Of a stretch of DNA of 64,000 nucleotides, positions 43,790-56,793 are shown piece by piece. Position 1 is the stretch's first letter, and each line of letters starts with the position of its first letter. A model generated the notes under the pieces. That model ran no database searches, was not told the DNA's origin, and was given only the letters and a program-made list of their open reading frames with translations. The stretch spans positions 512,001 to 576,000 of the forward strand of contig CM000152.2 in the NCBI GenBank assembly GCA_000004695.1. The letters run 5' to 3'. Origin of the DNA: Dictyostelium discoideum. Its lineage: Eukaryota. A program made the translations under genes and the position numbers.

Positions 43790-46487
43790 ATAAATTAATA
43801 ATAAATAAAAAATAAAAATAAAAAAAAAAAAAAAAACAAAATTAATAAAATTTTAATAATTAATAATATAAAAATAAAAAAAAAAAAAAAATTGATATCA
43901 CATATTAAAAAAAAAAAAAAATAAAATAAAATAATAATAATAATAAAGTGGTAATAATAATATCAAAATAAAAAAAAAAAAAAAAAAAAAAATATTAATA
44001 TAAAAAAAATATATAATAATTGATGATGCAATCTACTATGATATCTTTATTTAGTTAACTTATCAAAAATTAAAAAGGTAATATTTGACAATGTCAATGT
44101 TACAAAAAATATAAATAGTTTGAAAAAAAAAAAAAAAAAAAAAAAAAACTACTGAAAATGGTGATGGTGTAGGTTTAAATCAATTATTTTTTTTTTATAT
44201 TTTTTATTTTTAATTATACAATACTTGCACAGATTATTTGATTTTAGCGATACAGTAAATTTCAAAAAAAATTTTATGAAAATGCTGGGGTTAAAATTTA
44301 ATAATTACAAATTAATAAAATTACCCCCACTAACCTCACACGTTTTTCACTTGCTCCACTTGATCCCATTCAAATAATATTTTTTTACAAATATAAAAAT
44401 AAACTGTTGAAAACGGATAAATTGTTTGAAAAAATATATAATAACTAAAAATAACAACAATAATTTATTTTACAAATAGTCGATAATTTCATTACATCAT
44501 CTAAAAATAATTTTTTTTTTCAAACCATGATCAATCATGGTAAAACAAATTGGTATTTGTTATTATTATATAAAAATAAATTAATAAAATAGTAATAAGA
44601 AGTAAATAAATTTTTTTTTTTTTTTTTTATTAAATTATTTTTATTATTATTTTTTTATTTTTTATTTTTTTAACTTTACAAAGCATATAAACTGAAAATA
44701 AATAAATTATTTAAACATATTTAACTCATTTAACTTATTTTTATTTTTTTATTTTACGATAAATTTTGGATAGCAATAAAAAAAAAAAATTTGTTATTAA
44801 AAATTTGAGGTTAAATTGTTATTAATTTCATTAAAAAAAATTAATTCAAAAAAAAAAAAATATGAGTTGTTCAATTTCATGGTGTCAAAATATTAAAAAA
44901 CATACATTAACAATATTTTAATTAACCCACAAAAACAAATTTCCAAACACAATATTAATATTCAAACTCACTTAATTATAACCCCCATTCGCTATTTTAT
45001 CAAATTCACTATTGTAATAAACTATATAAATATTATCCCCCAAATTAATTATTTGAATTGATTTTATTTTTAATTATTTTTTTATTTTTTTATTTTTTTT
45101 TTTTTTATTTAAACAGTTACACCCCACAATTTTAATTATTAATAGGCTGATTTTGTGGGTAAAAAGAGTGGTATTTTTTTGGGTGATTGTTTTAATAATC
45201 AAATTTACAAATTTACAGTAGATGATGTTTGAAATTAAATAAATTAAAAGTGTATGTTTTATTTAATTTTTTTTTTTTTTTTTTATATTGATTTTTATAT
45301 TGATTTTTTATTATTGTTAATTGTACTTTTTAATCTCTTGTTATCATCAAACTCTACACAAATAGGTTATTTACAAAATCTATTAAAATTATTCAAATAT
45401 AGGTGTGGGTTTGTTGTGTGTGAATATATTAATATAAATTTGTGATTTTGTTATTGTTTTTAAACATTACTGTTGTTTTTTTTTTTTATTTATGTGGTTT
45501 AGAGAGTTTGAGATAGTGAGGTTTTTTAATTATGATTTCATATACAATTGAAAAAATAAAAAATATTTAATAATATGATTATGCATTATTTGATGTTATG
45601 GTTGTAAACTCGTGAGGGGGTTGGTGATTTTATAGTTGTAAAAAATTTTGCAATAAAATATATTATGTAAACTGATACTTTATACTATTGGAAAAGAAAA
45701 AAAAGAAATTAATTATACATAACACCACAAACAATTTCTATTTTCAAACACACACATGTGATATTTTTAATTTTTCATAAAAATACCTTGTGTACATATA
45801 AACAGATAGTACAATAATGAAAAAAAAGTTATCTCACTCTCTATTTAAAATAATTAACACACTTTCACCAAAATTATACACCACCACCATAAATAATAAA
45901 AATAAAAAATAGAATAAAAAAAATAACAATAATGATAATAAATAATATAATGAAACATTGGGGTTGTATAAAAAAACAATTTAAAAAAATACATACATAC
46001 ACATATTATTATTGTTAAAAAAATGTATATTTTATATTGCGTAATGGTTTTGCGGTCTTTTTAAGAATATCACTAATCAAATATGATCGACAATCCAATT
46101 ATTTTTAATTTACCATACTTTATTTTTTTTAAAATTAATTTTAATTTTATTTTATTTTTATTTTTATTTTTTTGTTTATATTTTTTTTTTTTTTGTGTAA
46201 ATATTTTTTGTATAAATATTTGATTATTTTAATTTTATTTTCATCAATTCAAAAATTAACTTTTAAATTGGAATATATTTAAATAATTTAATATTTCAAT
46301 ATATTTATTTATTTTAAATAAATAAATAAAAAAAAAAAAAAAAAAAAAAAAAAAATAATATTTATTTATTAAAAAAAAAAAAAAATCATTTAAAAAAAAA
46401 AAAAAAAAAAAAAAACAAAAAAAAAAAAAGTAGGAAAAGGAATTAGTAAAAACTAAAATCATTAGTTTAAAAATTATAACGTTGAAA

Positions 46488-46805
46488 ATGAAAATTTCTA
46501 TATTTATTTTATTACTATTTATTAGTAGTATGGTAATAATATCAGTTAATGGTATGTTTATTTTTTTTTTTTTTTTTTTCTTTATTAAATAATTGGAAAT
46601 TCTAATAATTTTTTTTTTTTTTTATTTCTTTTTTTTTTTTTAATATTTAATAGCGGAAACTGAAACCATACAAACCAATACAGCATGTGATTGTGATGAT
46701 GATTGTGATGATGGAAATAGATGGTCAACAGATATGTGTTCTGCAGGTTTACTTTTTGGAAAATATTGCACTCATACTCAAATTTGTTGTGATGATGAAA
46801 GTAAA

Positions 46806-46840
<35 letters not shown>

Positions 46841-49800
46841 CCTAAACAGTTTTTTTTTTTTTTTTTTTTTTTTCAAAACAGTTTTTTTTTTTTTTTTTTC
46901 ACTCTCTAATTTTTTAAAAAAAAAAACATATAATTTTAAACTAATAAATAAACAACATACAATTTTATACTATAAATTTTATATTATATTTTATAGATGC
47001 ATGCACAATTGATAGTTGTTCAAAAACTTCAGGTTGTGTTCATACCCCAATAAATGTGGATGATAAAAATCCATGTACAATTGATTCATGTATCAAAGGT
47101 TTTATTTCACATACTCAAATCTCTTGTGATGATAAGAATGCTTGTACAATCGATAGTTGTGACTGTTCATCAGGTTGTCAAAATAAACCAATGTCCTGTG
47201 ATGATAATAATCCATGTACCGTAGATTCTTGCAATAATTCAACCGGTTGTCGTAATACCCCAATCAGTGTAGATGATAATAATCCATGCACAATAGATTC
47301 ATGTTCAAAATCAACTGGTGTAGTTCACATTCCAATCAATGTCGACGATCTTAACCCATGTACAATTGATGCATGTACCAAAGAAGGTGGTGTTACTCAT
47401 ACTCCAGTCAATGTTGATGATAATAACAAATGTACCACTGATTCATGTTCGCTATTTACAGGTATAACTCACACTGAAATCTGTTGTGATGATAATAATG
47501 CCTGTACAGATGATTCCTGCTCACCATCAACTGGTTGCGTAAATACCCCAATTTCTTGTGATGACAAAAACCCATGCACCGTAGACTCTTGCAACAATTC
47601 AACTGGTTGCTGTTATACCCCAATCAATGTTGATGACAATAATCCATGTACCATCGATGCCTGTACTAAATCAACAGGTGTCACCCACACTCCAATCAAT
47701 GTCGATGATAATAACCAATGTACAACTGATTCATGTACCAAAGAAGGTGGTGTAACTCATACTCCAGTCAATACTGATGATAACAATCCATGTACTGTTG
47801 ACTCCTGCTCACCATTTACAGGTGTTTCTCACACTCCAATCAATGTTGATGATAATAACAAATGTACAATTGATGCATGTACCAAAGAAGGTGGTGTAAC
47901 TCATACTCCAGTCAACACTGATGATAACAATGCCTGTACCCTTGATTCTTGTTCACCATTAACTGGTGTCACTCATACCCCAATAAACTGTGACGATAAA
48001 AAGGCCTGTACTGTAGATTCATGTTCAAATTCAACTGGTTGCGTAAATACTCCAATTTCCTGTGATGATAATAATCCATGTACTGTTGATACCTGTGATG
48101 ACTCAACCGGTTGTTGCAATACTCCAATCAATGTTGATGATAATAATCCATGTACCGTAGATGCCTGTACCAAATCAACAGGTGTCACTCATACCCCAGT
48201 AAATGTAGATGATAATAACAAATGTACAATTGATGCATGTACCAAAGAAGGTGGTGTAACTCATACTCCAGTCAATACTGATGATAACAATGCCTGTACT
48301 CTTGATAACTGTTCACCATTAACCGGTGTCACTCATACCCCAATAAATTGTGATGATAAAAAGGCCTGTACTGTCGACTCATGTTCAAACTCAACTGGTT
48401 GCGTAAATACTCCAATTTCCTGTGATGATAATAATCCATGTACTGTTGATTCTTGTGATGACATAACTGGTTGTTGCAATACTCCAATCAATGTTGATGA
48501 TAATAATCCATGTACCGTCGATGCCTGTACCAAATCAACAGGTGTCACTCATACCCCAGTAAATGTAGATGATAATAACAAATGTACAATTGATGCATGT
48601 ACCAAAGAAGGTGGTGTAACTCATACTCCAGTCAATACTGATGATAACAATGCCTGTACACTTGATTCCTGTTCACCATCAACTGGTGTTTCCCACACCC
48701 CAATTAACTGTGATGATAGTAATCCATGTACCGTAGACTCATGTTCAAATTCAACCGGTTGTGTAAACACTCCAGTCAATGTTGATGATAATAATCCATG
48801 TACTGTAGATGCTTGTACCAAATCAACAGGTGTCACACATACCCCAGTAAATGTAGATGATAACAACAAATGTACAATTGATGCATGTACCAAAGAAGGT
48901 GGTGTAACTCATACTCCAGTCAACACTGATGATAACAATGCCTGTACAATTGATTCTTGTTCACCATCAACCGGTATTTCCCACACCCCAATCAATTGTG
49001 ATGATAAAAAGGCCTGTACAGTTGATTCATGTTCAAATTCAACTGGTTGTGTAAATACTCCAATTTCCTGTGACGATAATAATCCATGTACTGTTGATTC
49101 TTGCGATGACTTAACTGGTTGTTGCAATACTCCAATCAATGTTGATGATAATAATCCATGTACCATCGATGCCTGTACTAAATCAACAGGTGTTACTCAT
49201 ACCCCAGTCAATGTAGATGATAATAACAAATGTACAATTGATACATGTACCAAAGAAGGTGGTGTAACTCATACTCCAGTCAATACTGATGATAACAATG
49301 CCTGTACCCTTGATTCCTGCTCACCATCAACTGGTGTTTCCCATACCCCAATAAACTGTGATGATAATAATAAATGTACTGTAGATTCATGTTCAAACTC
49401 AACTGGTTGTGTAAATACTCCAATTAACTGTGACGATAGTAATCCATGTACCGTAGACTCATGCAATAATTCAACTGGTTGTGTAAACACTCCAGTCAAT
49501 GTTGATGATAATAATCCATGTACCGTCGATGCCTGTACCAAATCAACAGGTGTTACTCATACCCCAGTCAATGTAGATGATAACAACAAATGTACAATTG
49601 ATGCATGTACCAAAGAAGGTGGTGTAACTCATACCCCAGTCAATACTGATGATAACAATGCCTGTACAATTGATGCATGTACAAAAGAAGGTGGTGTAAC
49701 TCATACTCCAGTCAATACTGATGATAACAATGCTTGTACCCTTGACTCCTGTTCACCATCAACTGGCGTTTCCCACACCCCAATTAACTGTGATGATAGT

Positions 49801-51918
49801 AATCCATGTACCGTAGACTCATGTTCAAATTCAACCGGTTGTTGCAACACTCCAATCAATGTTGATGATAATAATCCATGTACTGTAGATTCATGTACCA
49901 AACCAACAGGTGTCACTCATACCCCAGTCAATGTAGATGATAACAACAAATGTACAATTGATGCATGTACCAAAGAAGGTGGTGTAACTCATACTCCAGT
50001 CAATACTGATGATAACAATGCATGTACCCTTGATTCCTGTTCACCATCAACTGGTATTTCCCACGCTCCAATTAACTGTGATGATAGTAATCCATGTACC
50101 ATAGATTCATGCAATAATTCAACTGGTTGTTGCAACACTCCAATCAATGTTGATGATAATAATCCATGTACCGTAGATTCATGTACTAAATCAGGTGGTG
50201 TCACTCATACTCCAGTCAATGTCGATGATAATAACAAATGTACCACTGATGCATGTACTAAAGAAGGTGGTGTAACTCATACTCCAATCTCTTGTGATGA
50301 TAATAATGCCTGTACAATTGATTCATGTTCAAACTCAACTGGTTGTGTAAACACTCCAATTAGCTGTGATGATAGAAACCCATGTACTGTTGATACATGT
50401 ACAAAAGAAAAAGGTTGTCAACATTCCCCAATCGATACTGATGATAGTAATAAATGTACCATTGATGCTTGTTCTTCAACCACTGGTGTAACTCATACTT
50501 CAATTAACTGTGATGATAACAATGCTTGTACATTCGATTCATGTTCAAACTCAACTGGTTGTGTCAGTACTCCAATTTCATGTGATGATAAAAATCCATG
50601 TACCTTGGATTCTTGTGACAAAAAGACAGGTTGTTGTAATACTCCAATTAATGTTGATGATAATGACAAATGTACCACTGATTCATGTACCAAAGAAGGT
50701 GGTGTAACTCATACTCCAATCTCTTGTGACGATAACAATGCCTGTACAACTGATTCATGTTCAAAATCAACTGGTTGTGTAAATAAACCAATTTCTTGTG
50801 ATGATAGTAATCCATGTACCGTAGACTCATGTTCAAATTCAACCGGTTGTTGCAACACTCCAATCAATGTTGATGATAATAATCCATGTACCACTGACTC
50901 ATGTACCAAATCAGGTGGTGTAACTCATACTCCAGTCAATGTTGATGATAATAACAAATGTACCACAGATTCATGTACCAAAGAAGGTGGTATAACTCAT
51001 ACTCCAATCTCTTGTGATGATAATAATCCATGTACACTTGACTCATGTTCACCAACAACTGGTTGTGTAAATAAACCAATGAATGTTGATGATAATGATG
51101 CATGTACAACCGATACATGTAATAAAGATGGTACCATCACTCATACACCAATCAATACAGATGATAATAACAAATGTACATTAGATGCTTGTTCACCAAA
51201 GACTGGTGTAACTCATACACCAATCAATTGTGATGATGGAAACAAATGTACAATCAATAGTTGTTCACCATCAGTTGGTTGTATCTCAACACCAGTTTCA
51301 TGTCCAAAACCAAAAGATAAATGTTCAATCTCTCAATGTGATTCAGCCAAAGGTTGCATCGAAGTCCCAATGAATTGTACCTCTGATAAATGTAATGAAG
51401 CATCATGTTGTGATGGTGTTTGTACCTCAAAACCAATTAGCTGTCCAAAACCAAAGAATAAGTGTCAAGTTGCAAAATGTGATTTAATTAAAGGTTGTAC
51501 CGTCTCAAATGTAGTATGTGATGATGGTAATGCTTGTACCGAAGATTCATGTTGTTCAGACACTGGTAAATGTCAATTCGAACCAATCAAACTTCCAAAG
51601 AATAAAAACAAATGTATCATTTCAAAATGTGATCCAATTAAAGGTACAATCACCAACAGTACCGTAAACTGTGAATGTGATGACCTTTGTAACATTGGTG
51701 AATGTTGTGAAGATACAGGAAAATGTAATTACAGACAAAAAGATTGTGATGATAATAATCCAAAAACAGCTGATAGTTGCGATTCCAAGACTGGTAAATG
51801 TATTAACAAACCATATAATGTTATCACAAGTGGTTCTAATTTAATCTCTGGTTTAATTGGTGGTCTCATTGGTGGTGGTACAGGAGGTAAAGGTGATTGC
51901 AAAACTTGTAAAAATTAA
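46488..51918 (+). CDS. Secreted giant cysteine-rich protein made of about 65 tandem 24-aa 'Dictyostelium repeats' (Dicty_CTDC type, as in EcmA/EcmB and prespore/extracellular-matrix proteins) plus a divergent C-terminal Cys-rich region. Three exons (46488..~46551, ~46654..46800, ~46997..51918), about 1710 aa
   Basis: Exon 1 encodes the signal peptide MKISIFILLLFISSMVIISVN, ending at a GTATGT donor. Exon 2 encodes AETETIQTNTACDCDDDCDDGNRWSTDMCSAGLLFGKYCTHTQICCDDE, ending at GTAAAA. Exon 3 begins NACTIDSCSKTSGCVHTPINVDDKNPCTIDSC… and runs for 4.9 kb. Unit consensus: [NS][VCT]DD[NK]N[PKA]CT[VIL]D[SA]C[ST]x[ST]TG[VC][VCT][HN]TP[IV]. Units cycle through 4-5 subtypes, giving 96-120-aa super-repeats. 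Confidence 0.85.
47056..51250 (+). repeat. Coding tandem-repeat array: 72-bp units organised in near-identical 288-bp and 360-bp higher-order repeats
   Basis: For example 47890-48190 vs 48250-48550 differ at only a handful of positions. Antisense phantom ORFs of identical sequence recur at 360/288/432-bp spacings (47973, 48333, 48621, 48909, 49269, 49701, 49989). Confidence 0.85.
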
Positions 51919-52053
51919 ATAACTCTTTTTATTTAATTATATTTTAAAAAAATTCAAAAAAAATTCAAAAAAAAATTCAAGAAAAAAAAAAAACTATTTG
52001 TTTTCTTATCTAATATTTATAATTTTTAAAAATAAAAATTCATTCCAAAAATA

Positions 52054-52091
<38 letters not shown>

Positions 52092-52285
52092 TTTTTCATG
52101 GTGACTTTCACCAAAAAAAACTTGATCTGTAAATTTTGAAATTGTTTTTGGTGAGAATGATTGTTCTTGAGAACAAATAAACATAAGGCTTTCATCAACA
52201 TTATAATTATTTTATGAGAATTTCATTACAAAAAAAAATGAAAAAAAAAAAAAAAAATGAAAAAAAAAAAAAAAAATGAAAAAAA

Positions 52286-52316
<31 letters not shown>

Positions 52317-53711
52317 TGGTGAAATTCGTCAATCATATAAAATAAAATAAATTAAAAAAAAATAAAAAATATAATTTATTATATTTATCACTATAATGTA
52401 AATCAATTTTTTATTTTGGAAATAATTAAAAGTGATTTTTTTAGGGGACTTGTTCTATCGGGAAAAAAAAATTAAAATTTTTTTTTTTTTTTTTTTTTTT
52501 TGTACAACCAGATCAGAAATTTTTTACTTTTTTTGGTTTCTCTGAATCGGTGTAGATCTTTTAATCAAAAAATTCTATTTTATTTTTAGTATAAAAAGTA
52601 ATTTTTTTTTTTTTTTTTTCAGTTGATTCAAAAAAGACAAGGTTATAACTAAATAAGAAAATTAAATAAAAAAAATATTAAATAATTTACACTTTGACAA
52701 AATTAAAGAGGTAATTGTTATTTAATTTTTATTAAAAAAAAAACAAAAAAAATCCAACAAAAAACTAATTAATTGTTTTTTTTAATTAGATATCTTTTAA
52801 AAAATAGGTTGTTTTATTGCAATGTGGGGTTTTTTTTTTTTGATTGATATTTTGTTTAGTTATTAGTTTATTTAGTATGGATTGGTACTAATCCAATTGC
52901 CAGAGAATCAAACGATTTAATTCTTTTTTTTTAGATATATTTTTTAATTCTCAGGCATTGTTGATAGGTAGATTGCATATTAAACAGCTGTTTCACTATA
53001 TAATATATTTTTTTAATAAATAAAAAAAAACTTATTTATACATTAAACACAGAATAAATATGGAAATTTTCAACCAAAGTAAATTTTTAAAATACTTTTT
53101 ATAATAATATTAATAATTTTTACTAATATTAATTTTTATTATAGTTTGATTGGTATAAAACTAAAATCGAAAAATCAAAGCTAAATTATATATTGCTAAA
53201 ATCCCAAACAAAATCAGAAACATAATAAAACAAAATAAAATAAAGTAAAATAAAACAAAATAAAAAAAAATAAAATAAAATAAAGTAAAACAAAATAAAA
53301 CAAATTTATAAATTAAAAATAAAATATTAAACAAATAAACAAAAAAAAAAAACTATTTCCCATTTTTCATTTTTATTTTTTTTTCATTTTCTTTTTTTTA
53401 TTTTTATTTTTTTTTTTTAATTCTTAACTTTTATTAATTATTTCAATTATTTGTATTAATTTAAATTATTTATTTGTATTTTTTAAGATGAGTATATCAT
53501 AACTAAATAAAAAAATATAAAAAAAATAACGCATGGAAGTTTATCATAACTAAATAAAAAAATAAAAAAAAAATAACGCATGAAATCAAACCAACAAACC
53601 TTTTTATCATATCCACCTATGAGGAAATTATCACCTTGTGGATGAATATCGATGGAACTAATCTATCTACAACCAGTGATTAACTTTTTGATTAATTCTT
53701 GTTTCATGAGA

Positions 53712-54050
53712 TCATAGACACGAATTATATTTGATCGACAACAAAGAAGATTGGTTTATTTGGATGGAAATGAGTGACTTGATTTGGAGTTTTACTCTTT
53801 CTAAATGGTGATTGAGTTTCTCTTTTTGATGGATTTTAACTGGACGAGAACCTTCCTTTGGTGATGAAAAGTAGTCACCCTTATAATGCCAAGTTAAATT
53901 CTTTACAGAGAATGGATGATGAATTTCAATACGTACACCTTTTTCCAGGAGTTTTACTGTATCAGAACCAGTGACTTGATACCAATTGACAGATATATTT
54001 TGTTGTTGTTCAGTTGAAGAATAAGCTGGTGGTTTGTACTTAAGATTCAA
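53712..54050 (-). CDS. Orphan open reading frame (~112 codons) with no ATG (the ORF-track 'M' is TTG); a possible terminal exon of an unresolved gene, or non-coding
   Basis: The frame is open from a TAA at ~54081 to 53712. The only nearby ATG-initiated segment (MCGEFSGKVIEIGNPLIFQFQ…, ~54190-54100) lacks a canonical in-frame donor. The composition is less AT-biased than intergenic DNA, which is the only positive coding evidence. Confidence 0.2.
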   Translation of the reverse strand: MNLKYKPPAYSSTEQQQNISVNWYQVTGSDTVKLLEKGVRIEIHHPFSVKNLTWHYKGDYFSSPKEGSRPVKIHQKEKLNHHLERVKLQIKSLISIQINQSSLLSIKYNSCL

Positions 54051-54463
54051 ACTCTTAAGAGTATTTTTATTTTTATTTTTTTAATTTTAAAATGTACTAT
54101 CAGTGACTTGAAAGGTACAACTATATGATGATAATAATTGAAATTGGAATATTAATGGGTTACCAATTTCAATGACTTTTCCAGAAAATTCACCACACAT
54201 TTTTTTTATTAAATAATACAAATATAGGTTCAATAATATTTAAATTGAAAATGGTTTGTTAACAATTACAATCAATAAGAAATTAGATTATTCAAACACA
54301 ATTAAAAAAAATTAAAAAAAAGATTATGAAAAACAAAAATATTATCATACAATTAAAATTATTAATTTATTATTATTATTTTTTTTTTTTTTTTTTTATA
54401 TTATCATTATTTTTATTATTTTTATTTTCATTTTTAGAATTTTTATTTTTAAATTTTTTATTT

Positions 54464-56419
54464 TTAGATTTTATTTTCTTTTTGTAATTTTTGTAAATGT
54501 AATTTAATATTTCCCAATGCCATAAATGATAAAGTTGGTTCAAGACTACCATAAACGATATCTAAGATTTCAGTGAGTGAAGTTTTACCAGATTTATAAG
54601 CATTTAAGATTTCTTCTTCACGAAGTAAACGATGCTTGATGTAATTATTTAAGAGGACGATTGGATCGAAATTTAAAGGACCATGAGCAGGAATTGCAAC
54701 CTTTGGACAAAGATAATTGATCATACCATGAGTGCTATCTATATATTCAACCATATCACCTGTATGAAAATCCAATACTGAACTACCGAAACCAACAATA
54801 TGATCACCAGCAATCAAAGTTTTACTATTATTCTCAAAAAGACACAAAGAATCATCAGTGTGACCAGGTGTTGAAACTATATGAAAAATTCTATCACCAC
54901 CATTACCAATGTAAAGCTTTTCATTTGTATGACAATCCAATTGTTTAATTTCAGTTGGAGTTTTAATTTCATTTAAAAAGCTATCAACACTCTCTTTATC
55001 CTTTAATTGAAAACCAGAAACTTGTACCTTTTTTAAACCACTTTCAATATTCTTTAAAGTTTTCTCATGAGCATAAATTGTTGCCTCTGGGAAATGTTTC
55101 TCTAAAATACCAATACCTTCCCAATGATCTTTATGATTATGTGTAATGAAAATTGATATATTTTTACCTTCTAATATTTTTTTATTTTCTTCTTCTTCTT
55201 CTTCTTCTTGTTGTTGTTGTTCTTCTTCTCTTTGTTCATTATTAACATTATTTGAATTTTCATCATTTTTAATTTCAATATTATTTTTAATAAACTTTTT
55301 TAAATATTTTAATAATTTCTTTTCTATTATATTACACATATGAATAGAACCTTCTTTATTTGCACCAGGATCAACTAAAAGTATATGAGTATCATTTTGA
55401 GAGATGATTAGATTGGTTGAATTGAATGGATGTAAAGTGTTTGAACGTACTGGTATACTTTCAATATGAGGAGCGAACTCCAATGGTATAGTGATACCAA
55501 GGTTATTTTTATCTTCACTGATGGTCAATAGGTCATTGTTTGTCTTTGAGAATAGTGATAACATCTTTAGGAGATATTGTGTTTCTGGTGTAATGAATTT
55601 ACGATGTGAATTGAATTCCCTCAAGAATTCCATTGGTTCCTTCCATTCCATTGAAATCTCCAATGTTTTCTCTTTGGTACCACCTGATGATGCTGGATCC
55701 GTTGGTGATATTGAATCCACTAAAATAGTCTCCAATTTATTCTTATTTATACAATTACTATCTTTAACAATTATTAAATAATAATCGAAATAACATCTCT
55801 TCACTTGTTCCAAATAATATGGTGTTACCAATGATCCTAAATAATAAATATTATCACGTTTAAATGAATTTTTATTATTAAATACTTTTTCAATTTTATC
55901 TAATTGTAATTGATTTGAATAAAATTTATTATTTAATAATAATTTTTCATTATTACAACAGTTTTTATTTGATAATGAATCTTTTTGTTGTAATTGTTGT
56001 TGTTGTTGTTGTTGTTGTTGCTCATGTAATTGAGTTGGTTCTGGTGATGTTAATGATGGGAAACCAAAGAAACTATGTGGCACAGCTTTATATAATTTAT
56101 TTATATTATTTTTAACCATTAAAACTTTATTATTATTTTCATTGTAAAATAATAAACTAGAGTATGTATTCATTTTATTATTATTATTATTATTATAGGT
56201 ATTATTATTTTTATTATATATTTTATTATTATGACAACTTTCACTATAATATCTTTTTAAAATATCTGTTTTAGGTTGTTGTTTTTGTATTTGTTGAGAA
56301 TTTAATTTAATAATATTGTTTTTTCTAAATATTTTATTACTATTATTTCCTATACTATTACAAATAGAGGTATTTATTTGTACTGTTGTCGAATAAAAAA
56401 AAGAAAAAACCTTTATCAT
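54464..56419 (-). CDS. Metallo-beta-lactamase-fold protein (LACTB2/MBLAC-like hydrolase) with a long N/Q-rich N-terminal extension, 651 aa
   Basis: C-terminal 270 aa carry the MBL motifs THNHKDHWEG (HxHxDH), GHTDDS, and …AGDHIVGFGSS…PAHGP. There is an acidic/E-rich insertion (EEEQQQQEEEEEEEN). N-terminal 350 aa are low complexity. Single ORF. Confidence 0.75.
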   Translation of the reverse strand: MIKVFSFFYSTTVQINTSICNSIGNNSNKIFRKNNIIKLNSQQIQKQQPKTDILKRYYSESCHNNKIYNKNNNTYNNNNNNKMNTYSSLLFYNENNNKVLMVKNNINKLYKAVPHSFFGFPSLTSPEPTQLHEQQQQQQQQQLQQKDSLSNKNCCNNEKLLLNNKFYSNQLQLDKIEKVFNNKNSFKRDNIYYLGSLVTPYYLEQVKRCYFDYYLIIVKDSNCINKNKLETILVDSISPTDPASSGGTKEKTLEISMEWKEPMEFLREFNSHRKFITPETQYLLKMLSLFSKTNNDLLTISEDKNNLGITIPLEFAPHIESIPVRSNTLHPFNSTNLIISQNDTHILLVDPGANKEGSIHMCNIIEKKLLKYLKKFIKNNIEIKNDENSNNVNNEQREEEQQQQEEEEEEENKKILEGKNISIFITHNHKDHWEGIGILEKHFPEATIYAHEKTLKNIESGLKKVQVSGFQLKDKESVDSFLNEIKTPTEIKQLDCHTNEKLYIGNGGDRIFHIVSTPGHTDDSLCLFENNSKTLIAGDHIVGFGSSVLDFHTGDMVEYIDSTHGMINYLCPKVAIPAHGPLNFDPIVLLNNYIKHRLLREEEILNAYKSGKTSLTEILDIVYGSLEPTLSFMALGNIKLHLQKLQKENKI

Positions 56420-56793
56420 TTATTTTAACAACCCACTATTTTAATTTTTTTTTTTTTTTTTATTTTTTAATTATTTTGTTTTTTTTTTTTTTTATTTTAT
56501 TTTTTTTTTTTATTTTTTTTTATTTTTTTTAATACTAATATAGCCTTGGGTTGGTGGGAATATAAAAAAAACAAACCTAAAAAAAAAAAAAAAAACAATT
56601 GTTTAAATTTATCTGTTGAATTTGAGATTATTAGAATTGTTTTTTTTTTTTTTTTTATTTTTTTAAAAAATTAAAAATAATTAAAAAAAGTGAAATTTAA
56701 AAAAAAAACAAAACAAAAATAAAAAAAAAAAAATTAAAATTAGTAATAATAGATATTTTAGATATTTTTATTTAAATTATTAATTTAATATTT

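Noticed and set aside
46734-47012. 92-aa + strand ORF (MCSAGLLFGKYCTHTQICCDDESKIFFFFF…)
   Set aside because: It is the read-through of exon 2 into intron 2 (poly-T tracts translated as poly-Phe) of the Cys-rich gene. The GTAAAA donor at 46801 and the TTATAG acceptor at 46996 give the correct in-frame splice.
47973-51436. Series of 60-90-aa ORFs on the minus strand (47973, 48333, 48621, 48909, 49269, 49701, 49989, 50493, 50709 and others), some with identical sequences
   Set aside because: They are antisense to the Cys-rich repeat gene, and they recur with the repeat period (288/360/432 bp). Their translations (MTPVDLVQASTVHGLLSS…) are just the reverse-complement reading of the repeat, so they are repeat artefacts and not genes.
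53505-53600. ~45-bp local duplication (ataactaaataaaaaaataNaaaaaaaataacgcatgNaa) considered as a regulatory tandem motif
   Set aside because: Only two copies, in deep AT-rich intergenic DNA, and no other support. It is most likely replication-slippage duplication.
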